Source: Octopus sinensis
Lineage: Eukaryota
NCBI RefSeq assembly: GCF_006345805.1
Contig: NW_021837036.1
Location: 1 to 64,000 of the forward strand
DNA length: 64,000 bases
Direction of reading: 5' to 3'
Within the stretch, counting starts at the first letter, position 1, and every line of letters starts with the position of its first letter. The notes under the pieces were generated by a model, which did not search any database, was not told the origin of the DNA, and saw nothing but the letters and a program-made list of their open reading frames with translations. This document shows positions 13,270-27,038 of the stretch, piece after piece. The translations under genes and the position numbers were made by a program.

Positions 13270-13860
13270 GTGGTTGGTAGTTGGGGTGGGTGGGGTGATG
13301 ATAGTGGTAGAGGTAGGGAAGTGGAGGTAGACGTAGTAGTATTGAAGATGATGTTGATCATAATGATGGTGGTGATAGTGGTGGTGGTGTGATGGTGGTG
13401 GTGGTATGATGTGGTGGTGTGATGGGGAGAGGTGATGGTGGCAATGGTGTTAATGATGATGATGATGGTTGATGATAATGATGATCGAGTGTTGTTGTTG
13501 TTGGTGGTGGTGGTGGTGGTGGTGGTGATGGTAGTGATGGTAGTGACGGCGGTGGGGTAGTGGTGGAGGTGATGGTGGCAATGGTGGTAATGATGATGAT
13601 GATGGTTGAGTGTTTATGATGATCGAGTGTTTGTGGTAGTGGCGGTGGTTGTGGTGGTTGTGGTGGTGGTGGTGGTGGTGGTGGTGGTGGTGGTGGTGAT
13701 GGTAGTGACGGCGGTGGAGGTGGCGGTGGTAGCGGCGGAGGCAGCGTTGCTGCTACAGGTGATGATGATGATGATGACGATGATGATGATGATGATGACG
13801 ATGATGATGATGATGATGAGGAGGAGGAGGAGGAAGAGGAGGAGGAAGAGGAGGAGATGA
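13270..13860. repeat. (GGT)n/(GAT)n/(GAG)n low-complexity tract with a ~135-bp internal duplication
   Basis: GATGGTGGCAATGGTG...GATCGAGTGTT block occurs near 13433 and again near 13571. Confidence 0.8.
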
Positions 13861-13961
13861 AGAACGACGATGGCGACCAATCGATCCATTGTAATCTGCT
13901 AGAATAACAGAAATAGTAACTAACGTAGATATAGGTCAAGTATACACTAAATATATACAGA

Positions 13962-14007
<46 letters not shown>

Positions 14008-14237
14008 CTGAGACTGCCGAGAGTTTCAAAGGAACTCAAAAAGTTTTTAGAGCATGATAAAATTCATTCTCCTGAGAGCAGAGCAGATATTCTGGGTAGT
14101 TCCTTTACCATTATTGGAACCGCATTCTTCACAGTATACGTATTTCTCGTATACACAAACACACACACGCCCCCTCAAACATCAATAAAATCTAGCTATG
14201 TAGTATAGATTTACGTGTGGGGTGGGGGCTCGTATGT

Positions 14238-14273
<36 letters not shown>

Positions 14274-14604
14274 CATATATATATATATATGTTATAATAT
14301 ACAGTGCTTAATAAAATGAAGTAGCATGAAACGATTGTACTATTCTACCTTGGATATCCTTGTTGCTTATTTGGATTATAATCACCCCATTTGATTCATA
14401 TGGATAATACCATACACAGTTCTGGTGCCTTTAACTTAAGTACCATATTCATCTGAATCTAAATTTTGTTGAATATATATACATATAGGTATGTATGTAT
14501 GTACATGTGTGTATATGTATGTATAGGTAGGTAGATATACTTGCATACACGTGTACATTCACACACATACATATATAAATGTAGAAGATATATATATACA
14601 TACG

Positions 14605-15232
14605 TGACTGTGAGTTTCGAAATTTGCTTCCCAATCACGTAGTTGCGGGTTCAGTCCCACTACATGGCAGTTAGGGCAAGTGGCTTCTATGACAGCACCG
14701 GTTGACGGAAATAGAAACAAGTATGTCGTATATTGGCTCATATACGTGCGTACGTGTGTGTGCGTGTATATATGTGTGTGTTTCTTATGTGATCTCTTGA
14801 GCATCACCAGCAAAAATATTTTTTTCCTCTGTCTTCCCTTCTCTGGATCTTTCCTTCTCCTTTGTTTCCGACGAAGAGCTCCGCTCGAAACGTTAAACCC
14901 TCCTTCCCTTCTTTCCTGAGCGTCAAATAATACTTTAATTGTTCCACGTCCTCGCGTTGCTGTTTTTTTTTCTGTGTTTTCTTGTTTGGATTAACTATAT
15001 ATATATATACATATATTGGTGTGTCTGTGTTTGTTCCCCACCATCACTTGACAACCAGTGTTGGTGTGTTTACGTTCCTCTAACTTAGAGCTTCCTTAAA
15101 AGAAACCAATAGAAAAAGTACCAGGCATATAAAAAGTAAGGACTGGGATCAATACATTCGTCTGAAAATTCTTCAAGGCGGTGCCCCAGCATGGCCACAG
15201 TCTAATGCCTGAGACAAGTAAAAGATAAAAGA
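14605..15232 (+). mobile_element. Old SINE family A copy split by a nested insertion in its microsatellite linker
   Basis: Degraded head 14605-14718 and tail 15017-15232. Confidence 0.6.
14812..14998 (+). mobile_element. Short repeat with hammerhead-like motif (14864-14898)
   Basis: GTTT-CCGACGA-A-GAGC-TCC-GCTC-GAAA-CGT-T-AAAC; stems I and II pair perfectly. Confidence 0.6.
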
Positions 15233-15241
15233 TATATATAT

Positions 15242-15608
15242 ATCCTTAAATCCTTAGATCCTTAAAAATGTTTCAGCCCGAAGGCTGCGGCCATGCTGGG
15301 GCACCACCGTTGAATGAGCTACACTAGTGTGTGAAACCACCTCTGATACGTGGCACTTGATCAACAAGGGAGTTCGACGCCGCTGCCCGCATCTGTGTTT
15401 CCTGCCGAGAGGTAGGTTCATCTGGAACCCCTGACAAGAAGAGATCCAGTTTAGTTTTAAAGAAACCCACATCCACACCATGCAGGTCTCCCAGGCATTT
15501 AGGAAGGATATTGAAGAGCTGTGGTCCCCTGAAACCCAAGCTGTTGCAGTATCTGGTCCTGTATTTTGATGGTGATGTTGGGATATTTGGCACCATGCAG
15601 TGGAGCCA
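15242..15608 (-). mobile_element. 5'-truncated CR1/L2-group LINE 3' end
   Basis: ORF2 C-terminus GFRGPQLFNILP...FKTKLDLFLSGVPDEP...RAAASNSLVDQ, 3' UTR with CAGCC-TTCG-GGCTG hairpin, (TAAGGAT(T/C))n tail. Confidence 0.75.
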
Positions 15609-15641
15609 TATATATACATATAATTAGTAGATATATATAGA

Positions 15642-15673
<32 letters not shown>

Positions 15674-16696
15674 ATATATATATTATATATATATATATAT
15701 AATATATATATATATTATATATATATATATTCTACATCACACACTTCATATATATATATTGATATATAAATATATATATGTGTGTGTGTGTATGTGTGTG
15801 TGTGCGTGTAAATAATATATATATATGTGTGTGTGTGCATGCGTATGCGTTTGTATATATATATATATATATATATATATTTAATATATATATGAATACA
15901 TACGCACACACACACACATACAAACATACACGCCTCTGTTTCACTGTCTCAGTCACTTTCTCTCCCTCTCTTTACAGCCACACACACTCTCTCTCTCTCT
16001 CTCTCTCTCACTTTGCCACTTTCCTCTTCAGACGCAAAGACGCATACGCAGAAACAGACACGCACGCACACATACGCACACACGCACGCACGCGCATACA
16101 CACACAAACATACGTTTAAGTCCATTGATATCGACATCCAGTGTCAAGCTCAACCTAATTAGCCAAAGAAAACAAAGTTTTTGGATTTGACTTAAGCTGA
16201 TTAGCTGATGAAGTATAACTCCGTCTCTTGTGTATTAATGTGTGTATTTGTGTATACGATCGTATCTGTGTGTGTGTGTGTGTGTGTGCGCACGCGTATG
16301 TGTGTGTAAATGAAGCTGTGAGTGCGTATCTGTATGTGCCAGTGTGTGCTTATGTGTATATCTGTTTGTAGTGTGTTTGCGACGATGTGTTCACGTTAGC
16401 AATATGTATACACCCCTCTCTCCTTCTCTCTCTTTCTCTCTTTTTCCCTTTCTCTCTCTATCTCTCTATCTCCTTTTCTCTCTCCCTCTCTTTCTCACTC
16501 TCTCTCTCTTTGTCTTTATCTCTGACTATCTCTCTTATTCTCATTCTCGCTTTCTTTCCATCTTTCAAATGAATAAGTACATAGATAAATACATATATGT
16601 ATACACATACATATATGCAAATATACATACATAGATTTGAGTAAATTAATAAAAAATTCTTTAAAAGCATTAAACTCGTAACTTGTTCTCTAAACA

Positions 16697-17030
16697 AACT
16701 TTGTCTCACAAAACAGTTGAGTAACGCGTTCACCAGCCCAAATTAATCACCAAATTCACTGAAAGATCTTTCAAATTCAGATTCTAACAGCAAAGCTATT
16801 CTTTCAGAAATATCAAGAGTAGAGATGCTACCAGATTGTCTAAATATATATGGTCACTAAAAGATTAGTAGTTCATTAACTATAAGAAAAAATTGAAAAT
16901 TAGAGACTGCACCTATGCATACTTACAGAATAGCAATTGAGTTTCGTGCACATCGAGGAATATAGCTACACTAATTTCAACCTTAAAATTAAGATCGGAG
17001 CTCATTTTCTGTGTGCGCAAAACTCAAATA
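16697..17030 (+). mobile_element. Penelope-like element, decayed GIY-YIG C-terminal fragment
   Basis: Manual translation from 16758: TERSFKFRF*QQSYSFRNIKSRDATRLSKYIWSLKD; RSELI near 16995. Confidence 0.5.
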
Positions 17031-17059
17031 CCCATTGATATGTAAGCAAACTAGTAATT

Positions 17060-17880
17060 ATACTTACATGCATACATACATACATACATTCATACATACA
17101 TACATACATACATGCATGCATGCATGCATACATACATACATACATACATACATACATACATACATACATACATACATACATACATACACACATACATACA
17201 TACATACATACGCTACATACATACACGCACAGTCACACGCACACGTACAAATATACATACATGCATGCATACATACATACATACATACGTTACATACATA
17301 CACACACAGTCACACGCACACGTACAAATATACATACATGCATGCATGCATGCATACATACATACATACATGCATACATTCATACATACATACATAAATA
17401 CATACATTCATACATACATACATACATAAATACATACATTCATACATACATACATACATTCATACATACACACACAGTCACACGCACACGTACAAATATA
17501 CATACTACATACATACAACATACATACATACTACATACATACATACATACATACATACACCACATACTAATACATACATACGCTAATACATACACGCACA
17601 GTCACACGCACACGTACAAATATACATACATGCATGCATACATACATACATACATACGTTACATCATACACACACAGTCACACGCACACGTACAAATATA
17701 CATACATGCATGCATGCATGCATACATACATACATACTGCATCATTCATACTACATACATAAATACATACATTCATACATACATACATACATAAAAATAC
17801 ATTCATACATACATACATACATCATACATACACACACAGTCACACGCACACGTAAAATATACATACATACATGACATACA

Positions 17881-17911
<31 letters not shown>

Positions 17912-17915
17912 GTAT
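17060..17915. repeat. (CATA)n array with a repeated higher-order unit
   Basis: CACAGTCACACGCACACGTACAAATATACATAC recurs six times within the array. Confidence 0.9.
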
Positions 17916-18157
17916 TTGTTTCACGTATCCACGCATTTCAACCGCCTACTTACACATCCTTAACTCTACACACAAGTTCTGCACGCTCGCCGAACCGACC
18001 AGAAATAGTAGCCAGGTGGCCATCAAACATCAACCCTACAGAAGAAAAGACATAGGATATGAAGCTTTATTTACGACATATAAGAATACAAAATAATCAA
18101 AACGGGAACGATTTAATAAGGGCTAACCGCATTCGCTTAACTACACAAATCAACTAA

Positions 18158-18229
<72 letters not shown>

Positions 18230-18239
18230 ATATATATGG

Positions 18240-18425
18240 CAGTCGCCATGATAGATCGTTAGCCACTACACACATTTTTTTTCTCCCTGTTTTTTTCTGT
18301 GTCCCTTTCTGTAGAGAGCGTAGGCTCGAAACGTAAAAGACTTTTTCTATTCCTGAGCGTTATACTAATACATCTGTTTGTTTTGTACACCACCTGTCTT
18401 CGTTTTTTGCTTTTTTTTTCGTAAA
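18240..18425 (+). mobile_element. Short repeat with hammerhead-like motif (18305-18339); sister copy 62790-62980 (-)
   Basis: CTTT-CTGTAGA-GAGC-GTAG-GCTC-GAAA-CGT-A-AAAG; flanked by TA/CT microsatellites. Confidence 0.65.
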
Positions 18426-18544
18426 CTCTCTCTCTCTCTCTCTCTCTCTCTACATATATATATATATATAAGTGTTTATACATAATGGGAGTAATCATAG
18501 AGAAGGTATCGGCAGAGTGATTTTAACAAGGATCAGAAATACAT

Positions 18545-18942
18545 TTTTTCTACTCTAGGCAAAAGGATCGAAATTTGTTTGGAGTGGGAGGCAGGCGATC
18601 AGATCGACCCATGTACGCAACTGGTACTTAATTTATCGACCCCGAAAGGATGAAAGGTAAAGTCGACCTTGGCGGAATTTTGACTCAGAACGTAGCAGCA
18701 GACGAAATACCTATTTCTTTACTACCCACAAGAAGCTAAACACAGAGGGGACAAACAAGGACAGACAAACGGATTAAGTCGATTATATCGACCCCAGTGC
18801 GTAACTGGTACTTATTTAATCGACCCCAAAAGGATGAAAGGCAAAGTCGACCTCGGCGGAATTTGAACTCAGAACATAAAGACAGATGAAATACGGCTAA
18901 GCATTTCACACGGCGTGCAAACATTTCTGCCAGCTCGCCGTC
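18545..18942 (-). mobile_element. SINE family B, dimeric form
   Basis: Reverse complement of the 12753 architecture with the same junction. Confidence 0.9.
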
Positions 18943-19231
18943 TTTTGGATCATAAATATATTAGCGATAAAGAAGGTTTAATGGACACAAGGCAAGTGCT
19001 TGTTATATATATAAAATATCTTTTATTCTATTTCGCTGCATGAGAGAAAGCGATAAATGTTGAAACATTTCAACCCAAAAAGGTAAGCGTTCAGAATCAA
19101 ACCACCTTGCAACATCAGAATAAACTTTACACTTTAGACTCTAAACTAAAATGTTGATTAAGCTCAACATTAATCTAGAAATTACTTATCTAATACATCG
19201 TTTAAATTTTTTTCTTTTTTTTGTTTCCTAT

Positions 19232-19403
19232 AGGCGCAGGAGTGGCTGTGTGGTAAGAAGCTTGCTAACCAACCACATGGTTCCGGGTTCAGTCCCACTG
19301 CGTGGCATCTTGGGCAAGTGTCTTCTGCTATAGCCCCGAGCCGACCAATACCTTGTGAGTGGATTTGGTAGACGGAAACTGAAGGAAGCCTGTCGTATAT
19401 ATG

Positions 19404-19440
<37 letters not shown>

Positions 19441-19662
19441 ATGTGTTTGTGTGTCTGTGTTTGTCCCCCCAACATCGCTTGACAACCGATGCTGGTGTGT
19501 TTACGTCTCCGTCACTTAGCGGTTCGGCAAAAGAGACCGATTGAATAAGTACTGGGTTTACAAAGAATAAGTCCCGGGGTCGATTTGCTCGACTAAAGGC
19601 GGTGCTCCAGCATGGCCGCAGTCAAATGACTGAAACATGTAAAAGAGTAAAATAGTAAAAGA
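19232..19662 (+). mobile_element. SINE family A copy
   Basis: Full head-linker-tail structure. Confidence 0.9.
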
Positions 19663-19941
19663 GTATATTGCTTATTTATTTGTTTCACCTGATTCTCTTA
19701 ACACTTGAGAACATTCGTAAAAATGACTGGAAATATGGCATCACGAATAAATGCTGCCTCGGGTCAGGTCATTCTGTTTGTTCGTAGCATTTTTTTGACT
19801 CTTGGTTTTATGACTCACCTATATTCGCCCTGTCTAAGCAGTCCTGTGATGAAAGACCACATAACTGTGATTCGTCCTTCTATTTTCAGGCAGTAAACTA
19901 GATTATGGAATTATTACTTCAAAGACTCTCTCAGAATTACT

Positions 19942-20311
19942 GGAAGCACTCCGTCGGTTACGACGACGAGGGTTCCGGTTGACCCGATCAACGGAACAGC
20001 CTGCTTGTGAAAATAACGTGTAAGTGGCTGAGCACTCCACAGACACGTGTACCCTCAACGCAGTTCTCGGGGATATTCAGCGTGACACAGAGAGTGACAA
20101 GGCCGGCCCTTTGAAATACAGGTACAACAGAAACAGGAAGTAAGAGTGAGAGAAAGAGTACAGCAGGGATCACCACCATCCCCTGCCGGAGCCTCGTGGA
20201 GCTTTTAGGTGTTTTCGCTCAATAAACACTCACAACGCCCGGTCTGGGAATCGAAACCGCGATCCTACGACCGCGAGTCCGCTGCCCTAACCACTGGGCC
20301 ATTGCGCCTCC
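19942..20311 (-). mobile_element. SINE family C (tRNA-derived, octopus OK-like) with 8-bp TSD
   Basis: Head GGAGGCGCAATGGCCCAGTGGTTAGGGCAGCGGACTCGCGG...GGTTTCGATTCC; GAATTACT at 19934-19941 and 20316-20323. Confidence 0.9.
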
Positions 20312-20499
20312 GTCGGAATTACTACACACTCCATGAATGAATTCACTGCATTCATTTATTTCCTAAACAGTTCCTGCCAATCTTCGGAGCTTACCTCTAT
20401 CATCTCTGAGAGTTCTTTAACCTTCCTCGATATTGTTGTTACTATTAAGACCTGCTCCAAACTTCCAGTTTTGTTCATTATAAAAAATACTCATGCTTA

Positions 20500-20590
20500 A
20501 CGAAATACAAACAAGTTCGCCATACCTCAGCGGTGGTGCCCCAGCATGGCCGCGGCCTTCGGGCTAAAACATTTTTAAGGAGTTAAAGAT
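20500..20590 (+). mobile_element. Second CR1/L2-group LINE 3' tail
   Basis: CGGTGGTGCCCCAGCATGGCCGCGGCCTTCGGGCTAAAACATTTTTAAGG matches 15242-15310. Confidence 0.7.
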
Positions 20591-21137
20591 TTATACCAAC
20601 CTAAGCTCAAAATGAGAAAATTCAAAACAAATGGCACAAAATATCTTGTCCGACAGTCCAACAACACTACGAATCCTATACACTGCCTTGGACGATAAAA
20701 TAAAGAACCATGGTACATTATTTTAATCGAGGGAAGAATGAAAGGCGAAGTGAAATTGCGGCGGTGTTTGAACTCAGAACATAAACAGTTGGAATAAACA
20801 CCGAAAAGAATTTTACTTTTCATCCACCGCTCTTTGGATACGCCAGGTGGTCACTCAATTTGCGAGAAATAGCAGGCAAATTCCTTTAAATCTCATTCAA
20901 CAATCTTAAAAACAAGGGGACACATTTGATAACGTCGTCTACAATAAGAAAACAGAACGTTTTATTTATTTATTTATCGCTTCCTAACAGACCAGACATT
21001 GGCTTCAGTTTTCCCCGCTCTCTCCTTCCCTCTCTCTCTCTCTCTCTCTCTCTCCCTCTCTCTCTCTCTCTCCTCTTTCTTTCTCTCTCTTTTTTCTGTC
21101 TGTCTGTCTGTTCCCCCCCCTCTCTCTCTCTCTCTCT

Positions 21138-21194
<57 letters not shown>

Positions 21195-21744
21195 ACTCTG
21201 CAAAAGGGTAGACGTCCGAAACGTTGATTTTCTTTTTGGTTTTTTTCAATACTCATCGCAGATTAATTCACTTCAATTTCTTTCCATGAACGACTTTCTA
21301 GATGTTTCGACAGCAGTAAAATCTTTGATCACAGATCCATTGGATCAGCGACGACCCAACACCAGACAACAATAACAAAATCCACGTCAATATTACCACT
21401 TTACCGACAATTCCACCATCCTGCTTCTTCTATCAATAGCTGTTTAACACCGCGATCAAAATATTCATAAACACTCATAATGCGTAACATCAAACAGTTT
21501 CACAGCCATCTATTTACCCACAAATTATCTCGTCATATTTAATCGCTTACCACTCACCCAAATCTGATCTTAGGGAAGGGGTGGCGCCACTTGCTTTCTT
21601 TTTCTATCTTATTTTATTTATTTATTCATTTATTTATTAATTTATTATTTTTTGCAGTCCCGGCATGTTTCCCGTGTCTCGTTACACATACAATACATAC
21701 ATACATACATACATACATACATACATGCATGCATGCATACATAT

Positions 21745-21886
<142 letters not shown>

Positions 21887-22293
21887 ATATGTATTCCGTC
21901 GTGACTCTTCCGATTCTTTTATCTCCCGCTCGCTCCACTTTAGTTTAATGAGTCAACGAGGATGCCGCCTACGAAGTCGTTCGAAATGCTAGAAACAGAA
22001 GCTAATAATTGCTCGTGTCACAACTTACTGTGTATTAAAAGGATTCTTTGGATAATGCCGTCCGAGGCTCACTCTGCATAAAGGTAAAAAAATGACAGAA
22101 TGGTCACGGCTGGAACGCCTTTGGTCATTGCTCTACTCGACAAGGGTTGGCCTTGGGCTAAACAACAACAACAACACCTAGAAAATAATTTTAACTCCAC
22201 TTACACCCCTATCGTGCAATCGCTGTCGTTCTCTTTCACGGCTAGCACACACACACACACACTCACACACACACACATACACACACACACTCT

Positions 22294-22345
<52 letters not shown>

Positions 22346-23401
22346 ACACACACACACATACACACACACACACACTCACACACATACACACATACACACA
22401 CACACTCTCACACAGACACACGCACACACACACACTCACACTCACACACACGCAACACACACACACACACATACACACTCACACACACATACACCTCTTA
22501 CCTCATTATGTAGTCTTTACTCTTCCTTTCTCTCCACTCCCTTTCAAGCTGTGCCATCATACTCACACATACATATACATATACATACATATATATACGT
22601 TCCTTTAGTCTTCCCTTGCTTTCTCTCCCCTCTCTTACTCTCACTATTTCCCCCCTCTATGCCCTCCTTTTCTTTCTCCCCTCTCTAGCCTTCTCTCTCC
22701 TTCCTTCGCTTCTTCCTCTCCTTCCTTCCTTCTCTTATTCCAGCTGTTGTTCATAGATTTATTCTTTATTTCTCAATTTGCCTCAACCCTCTCTCGTTCA
22801 ATCCCCCTTCTCTCTCTCTCTCTCTCTCCCTTCCTCCTCCCCTTCTCTCTCATTCTCTCTCAACCTTGCACAAGCCTGTCACTCGTGCCTTGCTCTTTGC
22901 TCTAGCCCCAGCCCCCTAAACCCAGCGCAGTCTATTTTTTTATCCCTTCATTCTTCTACACATGTCACTACCCACCTCCCTTCATTACCTAATAATAAAA
23001 AAACCCTTACAGATAACCATATGCTAAGCGGATCCCCATCTCGACTCTAAGCATTACAGCCCCACTTCTCCTCTCCCTACATGACAACTTGCCGTCAACG
23101 AGCGTGTCACGGCCAAAAAGAAAATAATCACAACCCAATTCTGTAAAGAAGGGTCTTGGGGTGCGGTGTGAGTGTTTGTCTGCGGAATGGTTAATTGTGA
23201 AAAGCCCACATTAAAGTGTTGACAAACCTTCCAAATCGGCAGGATCGTAAAGAAATGATAATTATTATTTTTATTATTGTAATGATAATGATAATAATAA
23301 ATAATTGGTTTTTGTTTGCTTGGGATATTTTTCTGGCCACAAGGACGAAGAAGTAAAAAACAACAAAAGCAACAAAAACAACAACAATAATAATAACAAT
23401 A

Positions 23402-23982
23402 ATCCTTTCTAGTGGAAGCACAAGGCCTCGCATTTGTGGGGGAGAGGACTAGTCGATTAGAGCGACTCCAGTGCGTAACTGGTACTTAATTTATCGACCC
23501 CGAAAGGATGAAAGGCAAAGTCGACCTCGGCGGAATTTGAACTCAGAACGTAACGGCAGACGAAATACCTATTTCTTTACTACCCACAAGGGGCTAAACA
23601 CAGAGGGGACAAACAAGGACAGACAAACGGATTAAGTCGATTATATCGACCCCAGTGCGTAACTGGTACTTATTTAATCGACCCCGAAAGGATGACAGGC
23701 AAAGCCGACCTCGGCGGAATTTGAACTCAGAACGTAACGGCAGACGAAATACCGCTAAACATTTCGCCCGGTGTGCTACAATAATAATAATAATCCTTTC
23801 TACTATAGGTACAAGGCCTGGAATCTGTAGGGATGGGGTTAGTTGATTAAATTGACCTCAGTACTTGACTGGTTCTTAATTTATCAACCCCGAAATGATG
23901 AAAGACAAAGTCGACCTCCGCGGAATTTGAACTGGGAACGTAGCGGCAGACGAAATACTGCTAAGCATTTTGCCCGGCGTGC

Positions 23983-23985
<3 letters not shown>
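23402..23985 (-). mobile_element. Stack of SINE family B copies (dimer 23402-23778 plus monomer 23792-23985) in (TAA)n
   Basis: Three bodies; (TAA)n on both sides and between copies. Confidence 0.85.
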
Positions 23986-24056
<71 letters not shown>

Positions 24057-24510
24057 GTGTGAAAGGGACCCGCAGGACGTTAGAGAGAGTGCAAAAGCAA
24101 AATACAAAAGAAAATAATACAGAACAATCAGTAGGGGATTTCCGTGGAATAAGAAGAGGGTGAAATCAATAAAACAATTAAAACATTTCTTAATCGCCAA
24201 CAATGAATCGCTGTAACATTATTCGAAGAACAGCACCAATGCCAATAATTGTTATTATTTCTGATTTTGACTTGAGACTAGTGATTTTGGTGGGAGAAGT
24301 GGATTACATTGACCCCAGTACACAACTGGTATTTATTTTAACGACCTTAAAAGGATGCAAGGCACAGTCGATCTGAGCGGAATGTAAAACCGGAAGATGT
24401 GCCTTAAGGAATTTTGTGCTAACGATTTTGCCAATTCGCTGCCCTTTCAATAATAATCTTTTCTACTGGGCATAAGGGGTGAAATGTTGAGGGAGAGGAA
24501 GAGTCGATAA

Positions 24511-25215
24511 CAGTAGAGATATGTTTCTTCACTACAATTCAGCGCTTCCACTCGGTGCCAAAATAGGATTCGCCAGAAATGAACTTACACGCACCCAGAG
24601 CAAGTGCAGCAGGACAGAGGACAAGGTGACCCACACCACACGCTTCCTAGAGGTACTGAAACCGAACGGGTACACTATATCCACTGTAAATCGGCTAAAG
24701 TACCCAAGACAACAAACACGCCGAACACACAGATAACACAGCAACATATGCGTCCTTAAAAGACCCCATTTTAGCAAGAGGATAACTACAGTCATCCGAA
24801 GACCCATGAGAAGAGAAGGACTAGACATACAACCAGCCCACTCCGGCCCCTCTCTGAGAAGACACCTAGCAAAGAAACAAATGAGGGGCAGCAATCAATG
24901 CACACTAGCTAACTGCCCCATTCGTGACACAGATTTATGCCAACGGGTAAAGGTTGTGTATAGCATATAATGTAACAAATGCAACAAGTTCTATGTGGGC
25001 AGCACAACAAGACCGTTACACATTGACATCAAAGGACATCTGAACACGATAGCCTCCTCCTTCAGAAAACATCTAGACAGATGCCGGAACACCAACACAA
25101 GTTTAACAGTTACAATTGAGGCCAATGACAGAAATTTGGGAAATCTAAGAATTAAGGAAGCTATCCTCATAGACAGACTAGGGTCCCAAATTAACAACAG
25201 GATGGAAATTAGCAA
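24511..25215 (+). mobile_element. Penelope-like retroelement remnant (RT C-terminus and GIY-YIG endonuclease)
   Basis: FLHYNSALPLGAKIGFARNELTR (24521); VVYSI*CNKCNKFYVGSTTRPLH (about 24950-25025); IKEAILI; stops and frameshifts. Confidence 0.8.
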
Positions 25216-26075
25216 TCAATATATTATTTATCTACATCTGGATGCATGTAAGTTCATTTCTGGGAACATGCTCATGTATTATGAAAAAAAATGCACGTAT
25301 AAGATATAACTTAAAAGGAGTGCTGCACTTTTCACGCACTTCTCGTGAGGAAATGCGGAAGGAGCTTCGTGGGACCACTGCAGAGTCGCTTCGGAAAAGA
25401 AAAATTCAGCAACCGTTGGAAAACCGATCATAGCAGTGGACCCGATCAATTCCCAGCAATATTTAAAGAAGGAATTTTTATATTACGAAATATCATATCA
25501 GACTATAATTAAATTATAATAGTCCACTCTGCATTGTTATGCTATTCAAGACAAGTTATATTTCATACACACATACACATACACACACATACACATCCAC
25601 ACACACACATACACACACACATGTATGTATATATGTGAATGCGTGTGTGTGTGTGTGCGTATGTGTGAGAGTATGTTTACTTGTGTGTGTGTGTGTGTGC
25701 GTGTGTGTGTGTGTGTGCGCGTGTGTGTCAGTGTTTGCCCCCCCCCCCTAACACCATCGCTTCACAATCGATGTTGGTGTGTTTACGTCCCCATAAATTA
25801 GTGGTTCGACCAAAGAGACCGATAGAATAAGTACTAGACTTACAAAGTCCTGGGCTCGATTTGCTCGACTAAAGGTGGTGCTCCACCATGGCCGAAGTCA
25901 AATGACTGAAACAAGGAAAAGAATGTATGTATGCATATACACATTATATGTATATATATACATATATGTAAATAAATTTGTGTATGTAATATATCTATAT
26001 ATATATATACACACATTATATGTATGTATATATATATACATATATGTAAATAAATTTGTGTATGTAATATATATC

Positions 26076-26115
<40 letters not shown>

Positions 26116-26635
26116 ATATATACACACATTATATGTAGGTATATATGTAAATAAATTTGTGTATGTAATATATATATATATACATATGCATATGTGTGCG
26201 TGTTTCCGTCCGTGTGTGTGCGCGCGCGCACGTAAAAGACTAATTCAGAATCTGTTAATTTATTTGAAACGTAGTAAACACAAATTATTGTAGAGAGGAG
26301 AATTGAAATAATGAAAAAAACTACAATACCTACTACATAACATACCTACTACACATACACACCTGCATTCGACTAAAACATATAAAAAAAACATTCTATA
26401 TTTGCATAAACTGTTGTCGCTTATGTGTATAACTGCTTTTACCATTAACTGTTGTCAATACTTATGGTTTAATAATAGATTATAACATAGGTACAGAGTT
26501 AGAAATTTGACGGGACGGGTTGACTGACATCATTACCTGACTGATATTTATTTTGGAGCAATCTCGAAGGAATGAAAGCCAAAGCTGTCCAGCGCTGATT
26601 TGAAATCAGAACCTAAGGGGTTGTGTAATTAAATA

Positions 26636-27038
26636 CTCCTTTACTTGTTTCAGTCATTTGACTTCGGCCATGCTGGAGCACCGCTTTTAGTCGATCAAAT
26701 CGACCCCAGGACTTATTCTTTGGAAGCCTAGTACTTATTCCATCGGTCTGTTTTGCCGAATTGCTAAGTTACTGGGACTTAAACACACCAGCATCGGTTG
26801 TCAAGCGATGCTGGAGGAACAAACACAGACACACAAACATATACACACACATACATATATACATATATATATACGACAGGCTTCTTTCAGTTTCCGTCAA
26901 CCAAATCCACTCACAAGGCGTTGGTCGGCCCGCGGCTATAGTAGAAGACACTTGCCCAAGGTGCCACGCAGTGGGACTGAACCCGGAACCATGTGGTTGG
27001 TAAGCAAGCTACTTACCACACAGCTACTCCTGCGCCTA
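26636..27038 (-). mobile_element. SINE family A copy
   Basis: Reverse complement of the family consensus. Confidence 0.9.

Noticed and set aside
20230-20311. tRNA-like sequence GGAGGCGCAATGGCCCAGTGG... (also 60310-60395 and family A/B heads)
   Set aside because: Continues into a SINE body with a TSD and lacks a proper acceptor stem; SINE head, not a tRNA gene
20325-20450. FIYFLNSS...ISESSLTFLDI resembling a Penelope RT motif
   Set aside because: Too short and decayed to delimit; only suggestive
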